A DNA stretch of 64,000 nucleotides from an uncultured beta proteobacterium (GCA_963698305.1 CAVOQI010000006.1:28506-92505); one strand, 5' to 3'. Shown: positions 30,887 through 39,355, counted from the first letter of the stretch. Numbers and translations: made by a program. The notes: generated from the letters alone by a model not told the origin.

Positions 30887-31059
30887 CGTTCGGTCCTCTC
30901 ATTCCTCGTGGACCCGCGGGACATCTCGCTTTCTGGTGCTTCGCGTGTCCTGCACTCCACGGTTCGGACTCTAGGTAACTGGCCCTCGGAAGGCAGGGGG
31001 CGGATGCGGCACGCGCGACGCCGGAAATTCGACAGGGCCGTTCGTGAGGCTGAAATGCA

Positions 31060-31085
31060 AACAGCCCGGCGCGGGCCGGGCTGTT
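31060..31085 (-). terminator. Intrinsic terminator of small-peptide cassette B
   Basis: AACAGCCCGGC-gcgg-GCCGGGCTGTT 11-bp stem. On the minus strand it is followed by TGCATTT. Confidence 0.6.
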
Positions 31086-31184
31086 CGTGTTGCGGGGGAC
31101 TGCGATGTCGCGGCGGTCGTCTGCGTCGACGACGCAGGCCGGACCCGGCGCCAAGCCAGCGATGCTCGGCTGGCTGCTCCAGGC

Positions 31185-31352
31185 TCACTGCACCGCGGTC
31201 GGCTTGACCGTCACCTTCTCCATGACCACGACCAGCGGCTGCGACTCCGCGCTCGATTGCATCCCAACGACGGTGCTGCCCAGCACCACCACCGTGGTGG
31301 CAACGGCCATGACCAGGGACATCAGGCGGGCTTGGGTGGAGATCGTTTTCAT
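31185..31352 (-). CDS. Small single-pass membrane peptide, paralogue B (55 aa)
   Basis: MKTISTQARLMSLVMAVATTVVVLGSTVVGMQSSAESQPLVVVMEKVTVKPTAVQ, the C-terminal part of ORF 31185..31481. SD AGAGAGGA lies upstream. Only synonymous differences relative to the copy at 35282..35450. Confidence 0.65.
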   Translation of the reverse strand: MKTISTQARLMSLVMAVATTVVVLGSTVVGMQSSAESQPLVVVMEKVTVKPTAVQ

Positions 31353-31626
31353 CTTGCGGTCCTCTCTGCTGTTCGGTTCGCTTCGTTCGTCTCGTGCTGC
31401 CATGAAACGAACTGTAGGCAGCGCACCGCTGCGCTTCCAGCCGATTGCGACGGACTGCGCGGATCGCGGCGTGAACTGCAACCCCCGTTCACGCCCCCAA
31501 ACAGCCCTTCGCTCCGTTCACTCCGCCTTCCCGACGTTTCGTCGCCCCTGGATGCAGTTCAGCCCCGGTTTCGCGCGTCCCGTCGCGCACGAGGCGCGAA
31601 AGGAGGCGTTCGGTAGCATCCGCAGC

Positions 31627-32358
31627 GTGAATTCCACGCGTTCCGTCCGCCGCTCACGGGTCGCCGCGCTGCTCGCCGCCGCGCTGGGGGCCCTGGCCGG
31701 CACGGCCTGCGCGCAATCGACGCCGCTCCGCACCGTGCCGGACACCATCGAGCAACGGATGCAGGCATGCACTCCGTGCCACGGCAAGGAAGGCCGTGCG
31801 AGTCCGGTGGGGTATCTGCCTCGCATCGCCGGCAAGCCCGCGGGCTACCTCGCGAACCAGTTGATCAACTTCCGCGACGGCCGCCGCTACAACGCGGCGA
31901 TGTCGCATCTCGTCGAACAGTTGTCCGACGACTACCTGCGCGAGATCGCGCAGTATTTCGCGGGGCTCGACCTGCCCTACCCGCCGCCACCGCCGCCGAG
32001 CGAGCGCGAGGGTGTGCTGCGGCGGGGCGAGTCGATCGCCACGCGCGGCGACCTCAACCGTCGCGTCCCCGCGTGCACGCAGTGCCACGGCTACGCGCTC
32101 ACCGGCGCGTTGCCCGCCATCCCCGGGCTGCTCGGCCTGCCCGCCGATTACGTGATCGGACAACTCGGCGCCTGGAAGACCGGCAACCGTCACGCGACAG
32201 CGCCCGATTGCATGGCCGACGTGGCGAAGCGGCTGCCGGCGGAAGACGTGCGCGCGGTTGCCGTGTGGCTCGCCTCCCGTCCGGTACCGCCTGGCGCGAA
32301 GCCGGCGGCGCAACCCGACCTCCCGCTGCCGCTCGACTGCGGCAGCGGCGTGCGCTGA
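31627..32358 (+). CDS. Dihaem c-type cytochrome (cytochrome c4-like)
   Basis: Signal peptide RRSRVAALLAAALGALAGTACAQ and two CxxCH motifs (CTPCH, CTQCH). The start is uncertain: GTG 31627 or ATG 31553. Confidence 0.8.
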   Translation: MNSTRSVRRSRVAALLAAALGALAGTACAQSTPLRTVPDTIEQRMQACTPCHGKEGRASPVGYLPRIAGKPAGYLANQLINFRDGRRYNAAMSHLVEQLSDDYLREIAQYFAGLDLPYPPPPPPSEREGVLRRGESIATRGDLNRRVPACTQCHGYALTGALPAIPGLLGLPADYVIGQLGAWKTGNRHATAPDCMADVAKRLPAEDVRAVAVWLASRPVPPGAKPAAQPDLPLPLDCGSGVR

Positions 32359-32360
32359 CG

Positions 32361-33627
32361 ATGAAGCGCTGGTGGCCCTTTGCCGTCTGGCTCGCGGTCG
32401 CGCTGCTCGCGGCGACGGCGCTCGTCGCCGCCCTGAACTTCCGCGACGAGGCACCGGTCGACGACAGCGGCGTTCACCGCGACGCCCGAGCAGGTGCAAC
32501 GCGGGGCGACCCTTGCGCGCGCCGGCAACTGCGCCGCCTGCCACACCATGCGCGGCGGCGCGCCGTACGCCGGCGGACGCGCGATCGAAACGCCGTTCGG
32601 CGTCGTGTTCGGCTCCAACATCACGCCGGACGAGCAAGACGGGCATCGGTCGCTGGTCGGCGTCGCACTTCTGGCGCGCCATGCACAACGGGCGCTCGAA
32701 GAGCGGGCGCCTGCTGGTGCCGGCGTTTCCGTACACCAGTTTCACGCGCGTCACGCGCGAAGACTCGGATGCGCTCTACGCCTACCTGCGCACCGTTGCC
32801 AGCCGTGGAGCAACCGAACCGCGAACACGCGCTGCGCTTCCCGTACAACACGCAGGCGGCGCTCGCGGTGTGGCGCGCCGTGTTCTTCCAGCCCGGCACC
32901 CACCGGCCGGATCCGGAGCAGTCCGCCGAGTGGAACCGCGGCAGCTACCTGGTGCACGGCCTCGGCCACTGCAACGCCTGCCACGGTGGCCGCAACCTCT
33001 TCGGCGCCACCCGCGGCCCGCTGGCGATGAGCGGCGGCGTCAGCCCCATCGACAAGTGGTACGCGCCATCGCTCGCGACGTCCGCCGAAGCGGGTGTCGC
33101 GGATTGGGATGACGCAGCACATCGTCGACCTGCTGAAGACCGGCGTCTCCGCGCGCGGCTCGGCGCTCGGCCCGATGGCGGAGGTGGTGTTCCGCAGCAC
33201 GCAGCACCTGGACACAGCCGACCTGCGCGCGATGGCCGTGTACCTGAAGAGCCTGCCGCAATCGGCGGCGCCCGCCCCCCGCGCGGCGTCGCCGCCCGCG
33301 GCCGCGACGCTCGAGCGCGGTGGCACCGTGTATCGCGCGCAGTGCGAAGGCTGTCACGGCGCGCAGGGCGAAGGCGCGCGCGGCGCGTACCCCGCGCTTG
33401 CAGGCAACCGTTCGGTGGTGATGGATCCGCCGGTCAACGTGGTTCGCGCGGTGCTGAGCGGCGGCTTCCAGCCCGCCACCGCGGGCAATCCGCGCCCGTG
33501 GGGCATGCCGCCCTTCGGCCACGTGCTCGACGACGCCGACGTCGCGGCGGTCGTCACCTTCATACGCAACCAGTGGGGCAACCGCGCGGCGGCGGTATCG
33601 GGCAACGAGGTGCAGCGGTTGCGGTGA
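32361..33627 (+). pseudogene. Trihaem c-type cytochrome (dehydrogenase cytochrome c subunit-like); about 4 frame breaks
   Basis: MKRWWPFAVWLAVALLAATALV, then CAACH, CNACH and CEGCH, are spread over ORFs 31767.., 32494..33030, 32258..33112 and 33094..33627. The switches are near 32480, 32640, 32800 and 33100. Confidence 0.75.
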
Positions 33628-33677
33628 GCAAGCTCGCGGCGTTGCGGGAGTTGTCCCCGCGAGCCGATCTCGCGGAC

Positions 33678-34992
33678 TCAAATCTCCGCAAACCGGCTCT
33701 TGCCCTGGCTCACCGCCGCGTGCTTCAGCCCGCCGAGGAAGCGCGAGCGCAGGACGTCGCTCATCAGCGCCCGCTTCACCGGCGTGAGCCGGAGGAAGCC
33801 ACCGAGACATGCGCGGGCGAACGCGTGCGTCAGGCTGGCGGGATTGTCGAAGAGCTGGTTCTGCAGCGTGCCGCGCTCCAGGCACTGCAGGATGATGCGT
33901 TCGAACGTCGTCTCCGGATGCAGCACGCGCTGCTTGCGCTTGTGCAGCCTCATCGCGGCCGGCTTGCAGCGCAGGGTGCACACGCCGCAGCCGATGCACA
34001 GTTCCTTGTCCACGACGGGCCGGCCGAACTTGCGGAAGCGCGGCTCCGGGTCCGGCACCCGACCGATGGCCTGGATGGGGCACGCCCGGCTGCAGATGCC
34101 GCAGCCGCTGCAGCGCTCGCGGTCGCTCTCGGCGATGTAGCTGGATGTCACCACGGCATTGGGATAGCCGTGCCGGCTGATGCCGCGCAGCACGTTGCAG
34201 CAGCACCCGCAGCAGTGGCACATGAAGGTGACGTTGCGCTGCACGTTGTCGGCGTTCAGCACCAGGCCGAGGTCGCGCGAGCGGGCGATGTTGTCCAGCA
34301 TCTCCGCTTTCGAAACCTCGCGCGCCAGGCCGTTGCGCACCATGAAGCCGACGGTGGCGTCGCCGAACGACGAGCAGGTTTCCAGCGGCGCCTTGCACGT
34401 GCGCCCACCCGCGTGCTCGTGTTCGTGGCGGCACGAGCAGATCCCGATCGCGATACCGGTCGGCGCGATCGACGATGGCGGCGGCCTTCTCGTAGTCCAG
34501 CACCTCGACGTAGTCGTCGGGCGCGATGGAACCGTCGTGCGGCACCGCCCGCATCAGGGACACCTGCTGCCCTTCGCCGAAGTTCGCCCGGTAGAGCCCG
34601 CCCTCCTCGAGGTAGTCACGGAACAGGCGCGCCCAGCGGTCCATCGGCAGTTCGCTGCCGGTGCGCATCATGGTGAACTCGAAGATGCCGATCACCATCG
34701 GCGACGGCGCGTAGTAGTAGTCGTCGCCGACGAACACATCCATCACCAGGCCCCGCGGGCACAGGCTTGCCAGCTGGGCTTCCAGCTTCGCGCGCGGAGT
34801 GCCGGTCACCTTCTCCAGGCGCGTGATGCGCGAGAAGCCCCACGGCATGGCGGCGACGAGGCGCGCGTCATCCTCGGAGTAGAGCTCGCCCAGCAGCGCC
34901 CGCAGCTTGTCGCTCCAGGGCGCGCGCGTCGTGAGCCCGTCGATCTTGCGGCCCAGTTCGCGGTAGATGTCCTTGCCGACCAGATGACCCAT
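33678..34992 (-). pseudogene. Poly-cysteine (Fe-S)-binding protein with 4Fe-4S dicluster domain; one frame break
   Basis: N-terminus MGHLVGKDIYRELGRKIDGL... is in ORF 33040..35157 and switches near 34460. The rest is GIAIGICSCRHEHEHAGGRTC...MCHCCGCCCN...CSGCGICSRACP...CIGCGVCTLRCK in the frame of ORF 33678..34343. Confidence 0.7.
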
Positions 34993-35156
34993 TCGATACT
35001 CCGCGGCCCCGCTCGGAACACCCAAGCACGCTGACGACACGCCGCGCAGTTCATTAAAGGCCACCGGTCCGCTTCGTCGTTGACCTGTGGCAGGACGGTC
35101 TTGATTCCCGGAACGCGCGGCGTCGCGAGTGCGGCGTTCCGCGGGTACGAGATGCA

Positions 35157-35182
35157 AACAGCCCGGCGCGGGCCGGGCTGTT
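35157..35182 (-). terminator. Intrinsic terminator of small-peptide cassette C
   Basis: Same AACAGCCCGGC-gcgg-GCCGGGCTGTT stem as 31060..31085. Confidence 0.6.
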
Positions 35183-35281
35183 CGTGTTGCGGGGGACTGC
35201 GATGTCGCGGCGGTCGTCTGCGTCGACGACGCAGGCCGGACCCGGCGCCACGCCAGCGATGCTCGGCTGGCTGCTCCAGGC

Positions 35282-35450
35282 TCACTGCACCGCGGTCGGC
35301 TTGACCGTCACCTTCTCCATGCACCACGACCAGCGGCTGCGACTCGGCGCTCGATTGCATGCCGACGACGGTGCTGCCCAGCACCACCACCGTGGTGGCA
35401 ACGGCCATGACCAGGGACATCAGGCGGGCTTGGGTGGAGATCGTTTTCAT
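35282..35450 (-). pseudogene. Small membrane peptide, paralogue C (copy of B) with a 1-nt insertion near codon 43
   Basis: Identical peptide to B through ...SQPLVVV. An extra C (catgCacc versus catgacc) then sends the frame on to 34806, which is listed ORF 34806..35450. Confidence 0.6.
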
Positions 35451-35847
35451 CTTGTCGGTCCTCTCTGTTGGTTCGGTTCGCTTCGTTCGTCTCGTGCTGC
35501 CATGAAACGAACTGTAGGCAGCGCACCGCCTGCGCTTCGCGAGCCGATTGCGACGGACTGCACGGATCGCGGCGTGAACTGCAACCCCCGTTCACGCCCC
35601 CCACAGCCCCTTCCTCCGTTCACTCCGCCTTCCCGACGTTTCGTCGCCCCTGGATGCAGTTCAGCCCCGGTTTCCACTCTCGCCCGGGTCATTGGCGATG
35701 AATCCACCTCGGTCGACGAAAGGTCGTCTACCCCCACCGGCGATCACCCCCTCTACCCCCTCCGGCGCGACTTGATCAGCCGCAATCCGCTGCAACCTTC
35801 GATGGCGACACTGCCCGCATCGAAGGGCACTCACGCGAAGGAACCCC

Positions 35848-36498
35848 ATGAACTACGCCGAACGCCAGGTGGCGGACATCGCCGCCAACCTCCCCGGAGC
35901 CACCCAGGTCTTCCGCAAGCACAAGATCGATTTCTGCTGCGGCGGCCAGGTGCCGCTGTCGGAGGCGGTCGCCGCACGGGGCGAGCCGCTCGCCGCGATC
36001 GAGGCCGAACTCGCCGCGCTCGAGACCGGCACCATCGAAGCGCCCCAGAGCAGCGAGGAACTGATCGAACACATCCTCGAGCGCTATCACGCCACGCACC
36101 GCGCCGAACTGCCCGAGCTGATTCGTCTCGCGGCGCGCGTCGAGACGCGCCACGCGGAGAACGCCCTCGTGCCGCGCGGCATCCACGACGCGCTGGTCGA
36201 GGCGGCCGAGGCGCTCGAAGATCACATGCAGAAGGAGGAGCAGATCCTCTTTCCGCTGATGCGCGCCGGCGGGCATCCGATGATCAGGCACCCGATCGGC
36301 CGCATGCGCGACGAACACGACGAGCACGGCGAACGGCTCGCCAACCTGCAGGCGCTCGCGCACGACTTCGAACTGCCGGAGGAAGCGTGCTCGACGTGGC
36401 GCGCCCTCTACGCCGGCGTGCGCAAGCTGATCGACGACGTGCACGAGCACGTGCACCTGGAGAACAACGTGCTCTTCGCGCGCTTCGAGGCCCAATGA
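35848..36498 (+). CDS. ytfE: Iron-sulfur cluster repair di-iron protein (RIC; YtfE/ScdA/DnrN)
   Basis: N-terminal ScdA motif KIDFCCGG and hemerythrin-like His/Glu motifs (HATHRAELPEL, HMQKEEQILFP, DEHDEHG, HVHLENNVLF). Intact, 216 aa. Confidence 0.9.
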   Translation: MNYAERQVADIAANLPGATQVFRKHKIDFCCGGQVPLSEAVAARGEPLAAIEAELAALETGTIEAPQSSEELIEHILERYHATHRAELPELIRLAARVETRHAENALVPRGIHDALVEAAEALEDHMQKEEQILFPLMRAGGHPMIRHPIGRMRDEHDEHGERLANLQALAHDFELPEEACSTWRALYAGVRKLIDDVHEHVHLENNVLFARFEAQ

Positions 36499-36500
36499 AA

Positions 36501-36558
36501 ATCGGGGCCCGAGGCCCCGATGTGCAACGCCGAAAATCGGGGTCTGACCCCGATTTTC
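36501..36558. terminator. Two adjacent stem-loops between convergent ytfE and the FMN reductase gene
   Basis: ATCGGGGCC-cga-GGCCCCGAT (36501-36521) and GAAAATCGGGG-tctga-CCCCGATTTTC (36532-36558). The second has A and T runs, allowing bidirectional function. Confidence 0.65.
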
Positions 36559-37120
36559 ACTTCGTGGTACGCAGGGTCTTCAGCGCGCCGCTCCAGGCGA
36601 GCAGCTGGTCGAACATGGACTTCAGCGAGTTCTGGTGCAGCGCCTGGGGCTTGAAGGTCTTGAAGTTCTCGAAGTCCGTGAAGAGCGACAGGGCGACCTG
36701 CGAGCGGACATCGGCGATCTGCAGCTCGGCCATGATCCCGCGCAGGTGCTCCACGGCGCGCAGGCCGCCCGCGCTGCCGAAGCTGACGAACCCGGCCGCC
36801 TTGTTGTTCCACTCGGCGTAGAGGAAGTCGATCGCGTTCTTCAGCGCCGCCGAGGTGCTGTGGTTGTATTCCGGCGTCACGAAGACGAAACCGTCGAACG
36901 AGGCGATCTTCTCCGCCCAGCGCTTCGTGTGGTCCTTGCTGTACTTCTTCTGGGAAGGCGGGATCGGCTCGTCGAGCAGCGGCAGGCCGTAGTCCGCGAT
37001 GTCGACCAGTTCGTAGTCCGCGTCGCCGCGCTGCTGCGCCTGGTCGAAGACCCAGCGCGCGACGGCCTCGGTGTTGCGCCCCGGACGCGTACTGCCGAGG
37101 ATGATGCCGATTCGAAGCAT
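36557..37120 (-). CDS. NAD(P)H-dependent FMN reductase-family oxidoreductase
   Basis: MLRIGIILGSTRPGRNT...FVFVTPEYNHSTSAALKNAIDFL. AAGGAG SD before ATG 37120. Confidence 0.85.
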   Translation of the reverse strand: MLRIGIILGSTRPGRNTEAVARWVFDQAQQRGDADYELVDIADYGLPLLDEPIPPSQKKYSKDHTKRWAEKIASFDGFVFVTPEYNHSTSAALKNAIDFLYAEWNNKAAGFVSFGSAGGLRAVEHLRGIMAELQIADVRSQVALSLFTDFENFKTFKPQALHQNSLKSMFDQLLAWSGALKTLRTTK

Positions 37121-37238
37121 GCGTGCTCCTTGGTGTTGTCTGCAGGGAAACAAGGGGGAAGGGCCCGCATCGTACGTGGCCGCGCCGCCGCGCCCGCGCG
37201 CGCGCGATCCGTCCGGGCTCGGGACTTTCCCGGATCGA

Positions 37239-38207
37239 TCACTGCAGTCGCAGCTCGGCGAGCCACGCCACCAGCGAGAACGTGATGAAGGCGAGCGCCG
37301 TCGACAGCACCACCGCGCGCGTCACGCGGCCATTGTCGGCGCCGTAGCGCTCGGCCAGCAGCGAGACCGTGCTGGCGGACGGCAGCGCCGCGGCGAGCAC
37401 CAGCACGGTCAGGCTGAAGACGGACAGCGGCGCCCCGAGCAGACGCATCGCCAGCCACCCAAGCCCCAGCACCAGCAGCGGGTGCACCAGCAGCTTGAGC
37501 AGCGCCAGCGAGAGGTAGGACCGTAGCGGCGTGCGAGTGTGCACCTGCTGGCCGGCGCGCCACAGGACGGTACCGATCGCGAACAGCGCCACGGGCGTGG
37601 CCGAGTCGGCCAGCATCTTCACGATGGTGTCCGCGGGCCCGATCGTGTGCAGTCCCGTGGCCGACGACACCATGCCGGCGCCGATCGACCACGGCAGCGG
37701 GTTGCTGAGCGCGCCGCGCACCGAGCGCAGCGCTGACGCTGCCGGGCCCAGCTCGCCGCGATCTCCCATCTGGGCCAGCGCGATCGCGAGCGAGCTCGTG
37801 ACGAGCAGGTCGATCAGCAGGGTGGTGATCACCGGCCCCGCCGCGGCGGAGCCGAGCAGCGCGGCCAGCAGCGGCACGCCCATGAAGCCGGTGTTGGGAA
37901 ACGTCACCGTCAACGCGCCGAAGGCCGAGTCCTTCAGCCCCACGCCGGCATACCGTGACACGGCGACGGTCCCGAGCAGCATCACGAGCGCGGCGCCGAA
38001 CCAGACCGCGATCACCGAGGCGTCGATCAGCTGCGCCACCGGCAGCGACGCGCCGAACCGGTACAGCATGCACGGCAGCGCGAAGTACAGAACGTAGATG
38101 TTGAGCCCGGGGATGGCGCTGGCGGGCAGCAGCCGGAGGCGCGCGGCGAGGTAGCCGCACAGCACGAGCGCGAAGAACGGGACGGTGACGGAGAAGATGG
38201 AGGCCAT
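37239..38207 (-). CDS. AEC (auxin efflux carrier) family transporter
   Basis: MASIFSVTVPFFALVLCGYLAAR... with about 10 TM segments, the typical AEC layout. ATG at 38207. Confidence 0.8.
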   Translation of the reverse strand: MASIFSVTVPFFALVLCGYLAARLRLLPASAIPGLNIYVLYFALPCMLYRFGASLPVAQLIDASVIAVWFGAALVMLLGTVAVSRYAGVGLKDSAFGALTVTFPNTGFMGVPLLAALLGSAAAGPVITTLLIDLLVTSSLAIALAQMGDRGELGPAASALRSVRGALSNPLPWSIGAGMVSSATGLHTIGPADTIVKMLADSATPVALFAIGTVLWRAGQQVHTRTPLRSYLSLALLKLLVHPLLVLGLGWLAMRLLGAPLSVFSLTVLVLAAALPSASTVSLLAERYGADNGRVTRAVVLSTALAFITFSLVAWLAELRLQ

Positions 38208-38390
38208 GGCGCCGCGGCAGGCGCGGCGCCGCGGCGACCGCCCGCGACGATTTATAGCAGTCGGGAAGCAGCCGCCGGATCGCCGGGGCATCCGGCGGAC
38301 GTGCCGAAGCCGGCGCTCGTCGCACCGGGACTTGTGAAGCGCGCGCCACGTTGACAGACTGACGCCACGTCAACCGCCGGAGCAGACACC

Positions 38391-38996
38391 ATGGGAACTT
38401 CCTTGCCGCGCGCCTGCCTCGTCGCCGTCGGCCTCGCCTGCGCGGCGCCCGCGCTCGCGACAACGGCCGTCGTCGATGCCTCGCGCACGGAGGCCGACGG
38501 CACCCGGACGATGGACTTGAGCATCGAGGTTCCGGCCGCCGCCGCCAACGTCTGGACCGCGCTGACGACGACGGACGGCTGGCGAGGCTGGGCCGCCCCG
38601 GTCGCCCATGTCGACTTCCGCCTCGGCGGCATCATCGAGACGAGCTACAACCCCGCTGCCGTGGCCGGCGCGCCCGGCAACATCAGGAACGAGATCCTGG
38701 CCTTCGTTCCACAGCGGATGTTCGCGATCCGCAACGTGCAGGCGCCGCCGAAGACGGCGTTCGACGTCCCGACCTTCCAGTCGCTGCACACCATCATTCT
38801 CGTCGACGCGGTGACACCGGCGCGCACGCGGGTCAGCTTCGTCCAGCCTGGTTATCGCACCGGGGAGCCCTGGGACACGGTCTACAAGCACTTCGCGTGG
38901 GGCAACGCGTGGACGCTGGAGCAGCTGAAGACCCGCTTCGTCGAGGGGCCGATCGACTGGAAGAAGCTGGCCGAGCAGGCAGCGGCGAAGAAGTAG
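38391..38996 (+). CDS. Secreted SRPBCC/AHSA1-domain protein
   Basis: Signal peptide MGTSLPRACLVAVGLACAAPALA. VWTALTTTDGWRGWAAPVAHVDFRLGGIIETSY is the AHSA1/SRPBCC pattern. Intact. Confidence 0.7.
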   Translation: MGTSLPRACLVAVGLACAAPALATTAVVDASRTEADGTRTMDLSIEVPAAAANVWTALTTTDGWRGWAAPVAHVDFRLGGIIETSYNPAAVAGAPGNIRNEILAFVPQRMFAIRNVQAPPKTAFDVPTFQSLHTIILVDAVTPARTRVSFVQPGYRTGEPWDTVYKHFAWGNAWTLEQLKTRFVEGPIDWKKLAEQAAAKK

Positions 38997-39074
38997 CGGC
39001 GGCGGCCCCGGGCGAACCCGCGTAAGCTTCGGCCCTGAGCTCCGCAATCCCGCCGGATCCACAAGGAGGTCCCC

Positions 39075-39248
39075 CTGGCCAAGCCAAACTACTCATTCGA
39101 GAAACGCCAGCGCGAACTGGCCAAGAAGAAGAAGACCGAGCAGAAGCAGGAGCAGAAACGCCTGCAGAAACTCGCCAAGACGTCCGGCGAGTCCGCTCCT
39201 GCCCCGGAAGACGCCTCGAACGAGGCCGGCAGCAGCGGCACGACCTGA
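39075..39248 (+). CDS. Small lysine/glutamine-rich protein (57 aa) with apparent CTG start
   Basis: GGAGG lies 5 nt before CTG 39075. (L/M)AKPNYSFEKRQRELAKKKKTEQKQEQKRLQKLAKTSGESAPAPEDASNEAGSSGTT. The frame is open only from 39039 and has no ATG/GTG/TTG upstream. Too short for the ORF track. Confidence 0.45.
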   Translation: MAKPNYSFEKRQRELAKKKKTEQKQEQKRLQKLAKTSGESAPAPEDASNEAGSSGTT

Positions 39249-39355
39249 GCGGCGCCTGAGCGCCCGCCTGTCGCTGCCGAACCGGGCGGCATTGCCGCCC
39301 GCCCGCCGTCGATCCATCCCGCCTCTTGCATTCCAGCACTGCAGGCAGCTGACCC

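Larger units (their letters stand above)
31055..31572. repeat. Direct repeat copy 1 (~518 bp): terminator, small-peptide gene and ~220-bp upstream region
   Basis: Aligns base-for-base with 35152..35674 apart from a handful of substitutions and small indels. By eye, identity is in the mid-90s percent. Confidence 0.85.
35152..35674. repeat. Direct repeat copy 2 (~523 bp)
   Basis: See 31055..31572. The boundaries are where the two alignments diverge (atgcaaacagcc ... cagccccggtttc). Confidence 0.85.

Noticed and set aside
31394-31410. Sigma-54 promoter in the small-peptide leader (TGGCAGCACGAG on the minus strand)
   Set aside because: There is a GG at -24, but the -12 position reads GACG instead of TTGC. 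The match is no better than chance.
31767-34676. 969-aa plus-strand ORF
   Set aside because: It is a composite. It contains two real segments of the trihaem cytochrome c in this frame, joined to out-of-frame stretches and then to the antisense of the Fe-S protein gene.
33040-35157. 705-aa minus-strand ORF read as one protein
   Set aside because: Only its first ~180 codons after MGHLVGKD are protein-like. After about 34460 the real sequence continues in the frame of ORF 33678..34343.
30713-35450. Small peptides as RiPP precursors matured by the neighbouring Fe-S protein
   Set aside because: The Fe-S protein has ferredoxin-type and CCG-like Cys motifs but no radical-SAM CxxxCxxC. No protease, transporter or other RiPP tailoring genes are present. 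The peptides have a TM helix rather than a leader-core layout.
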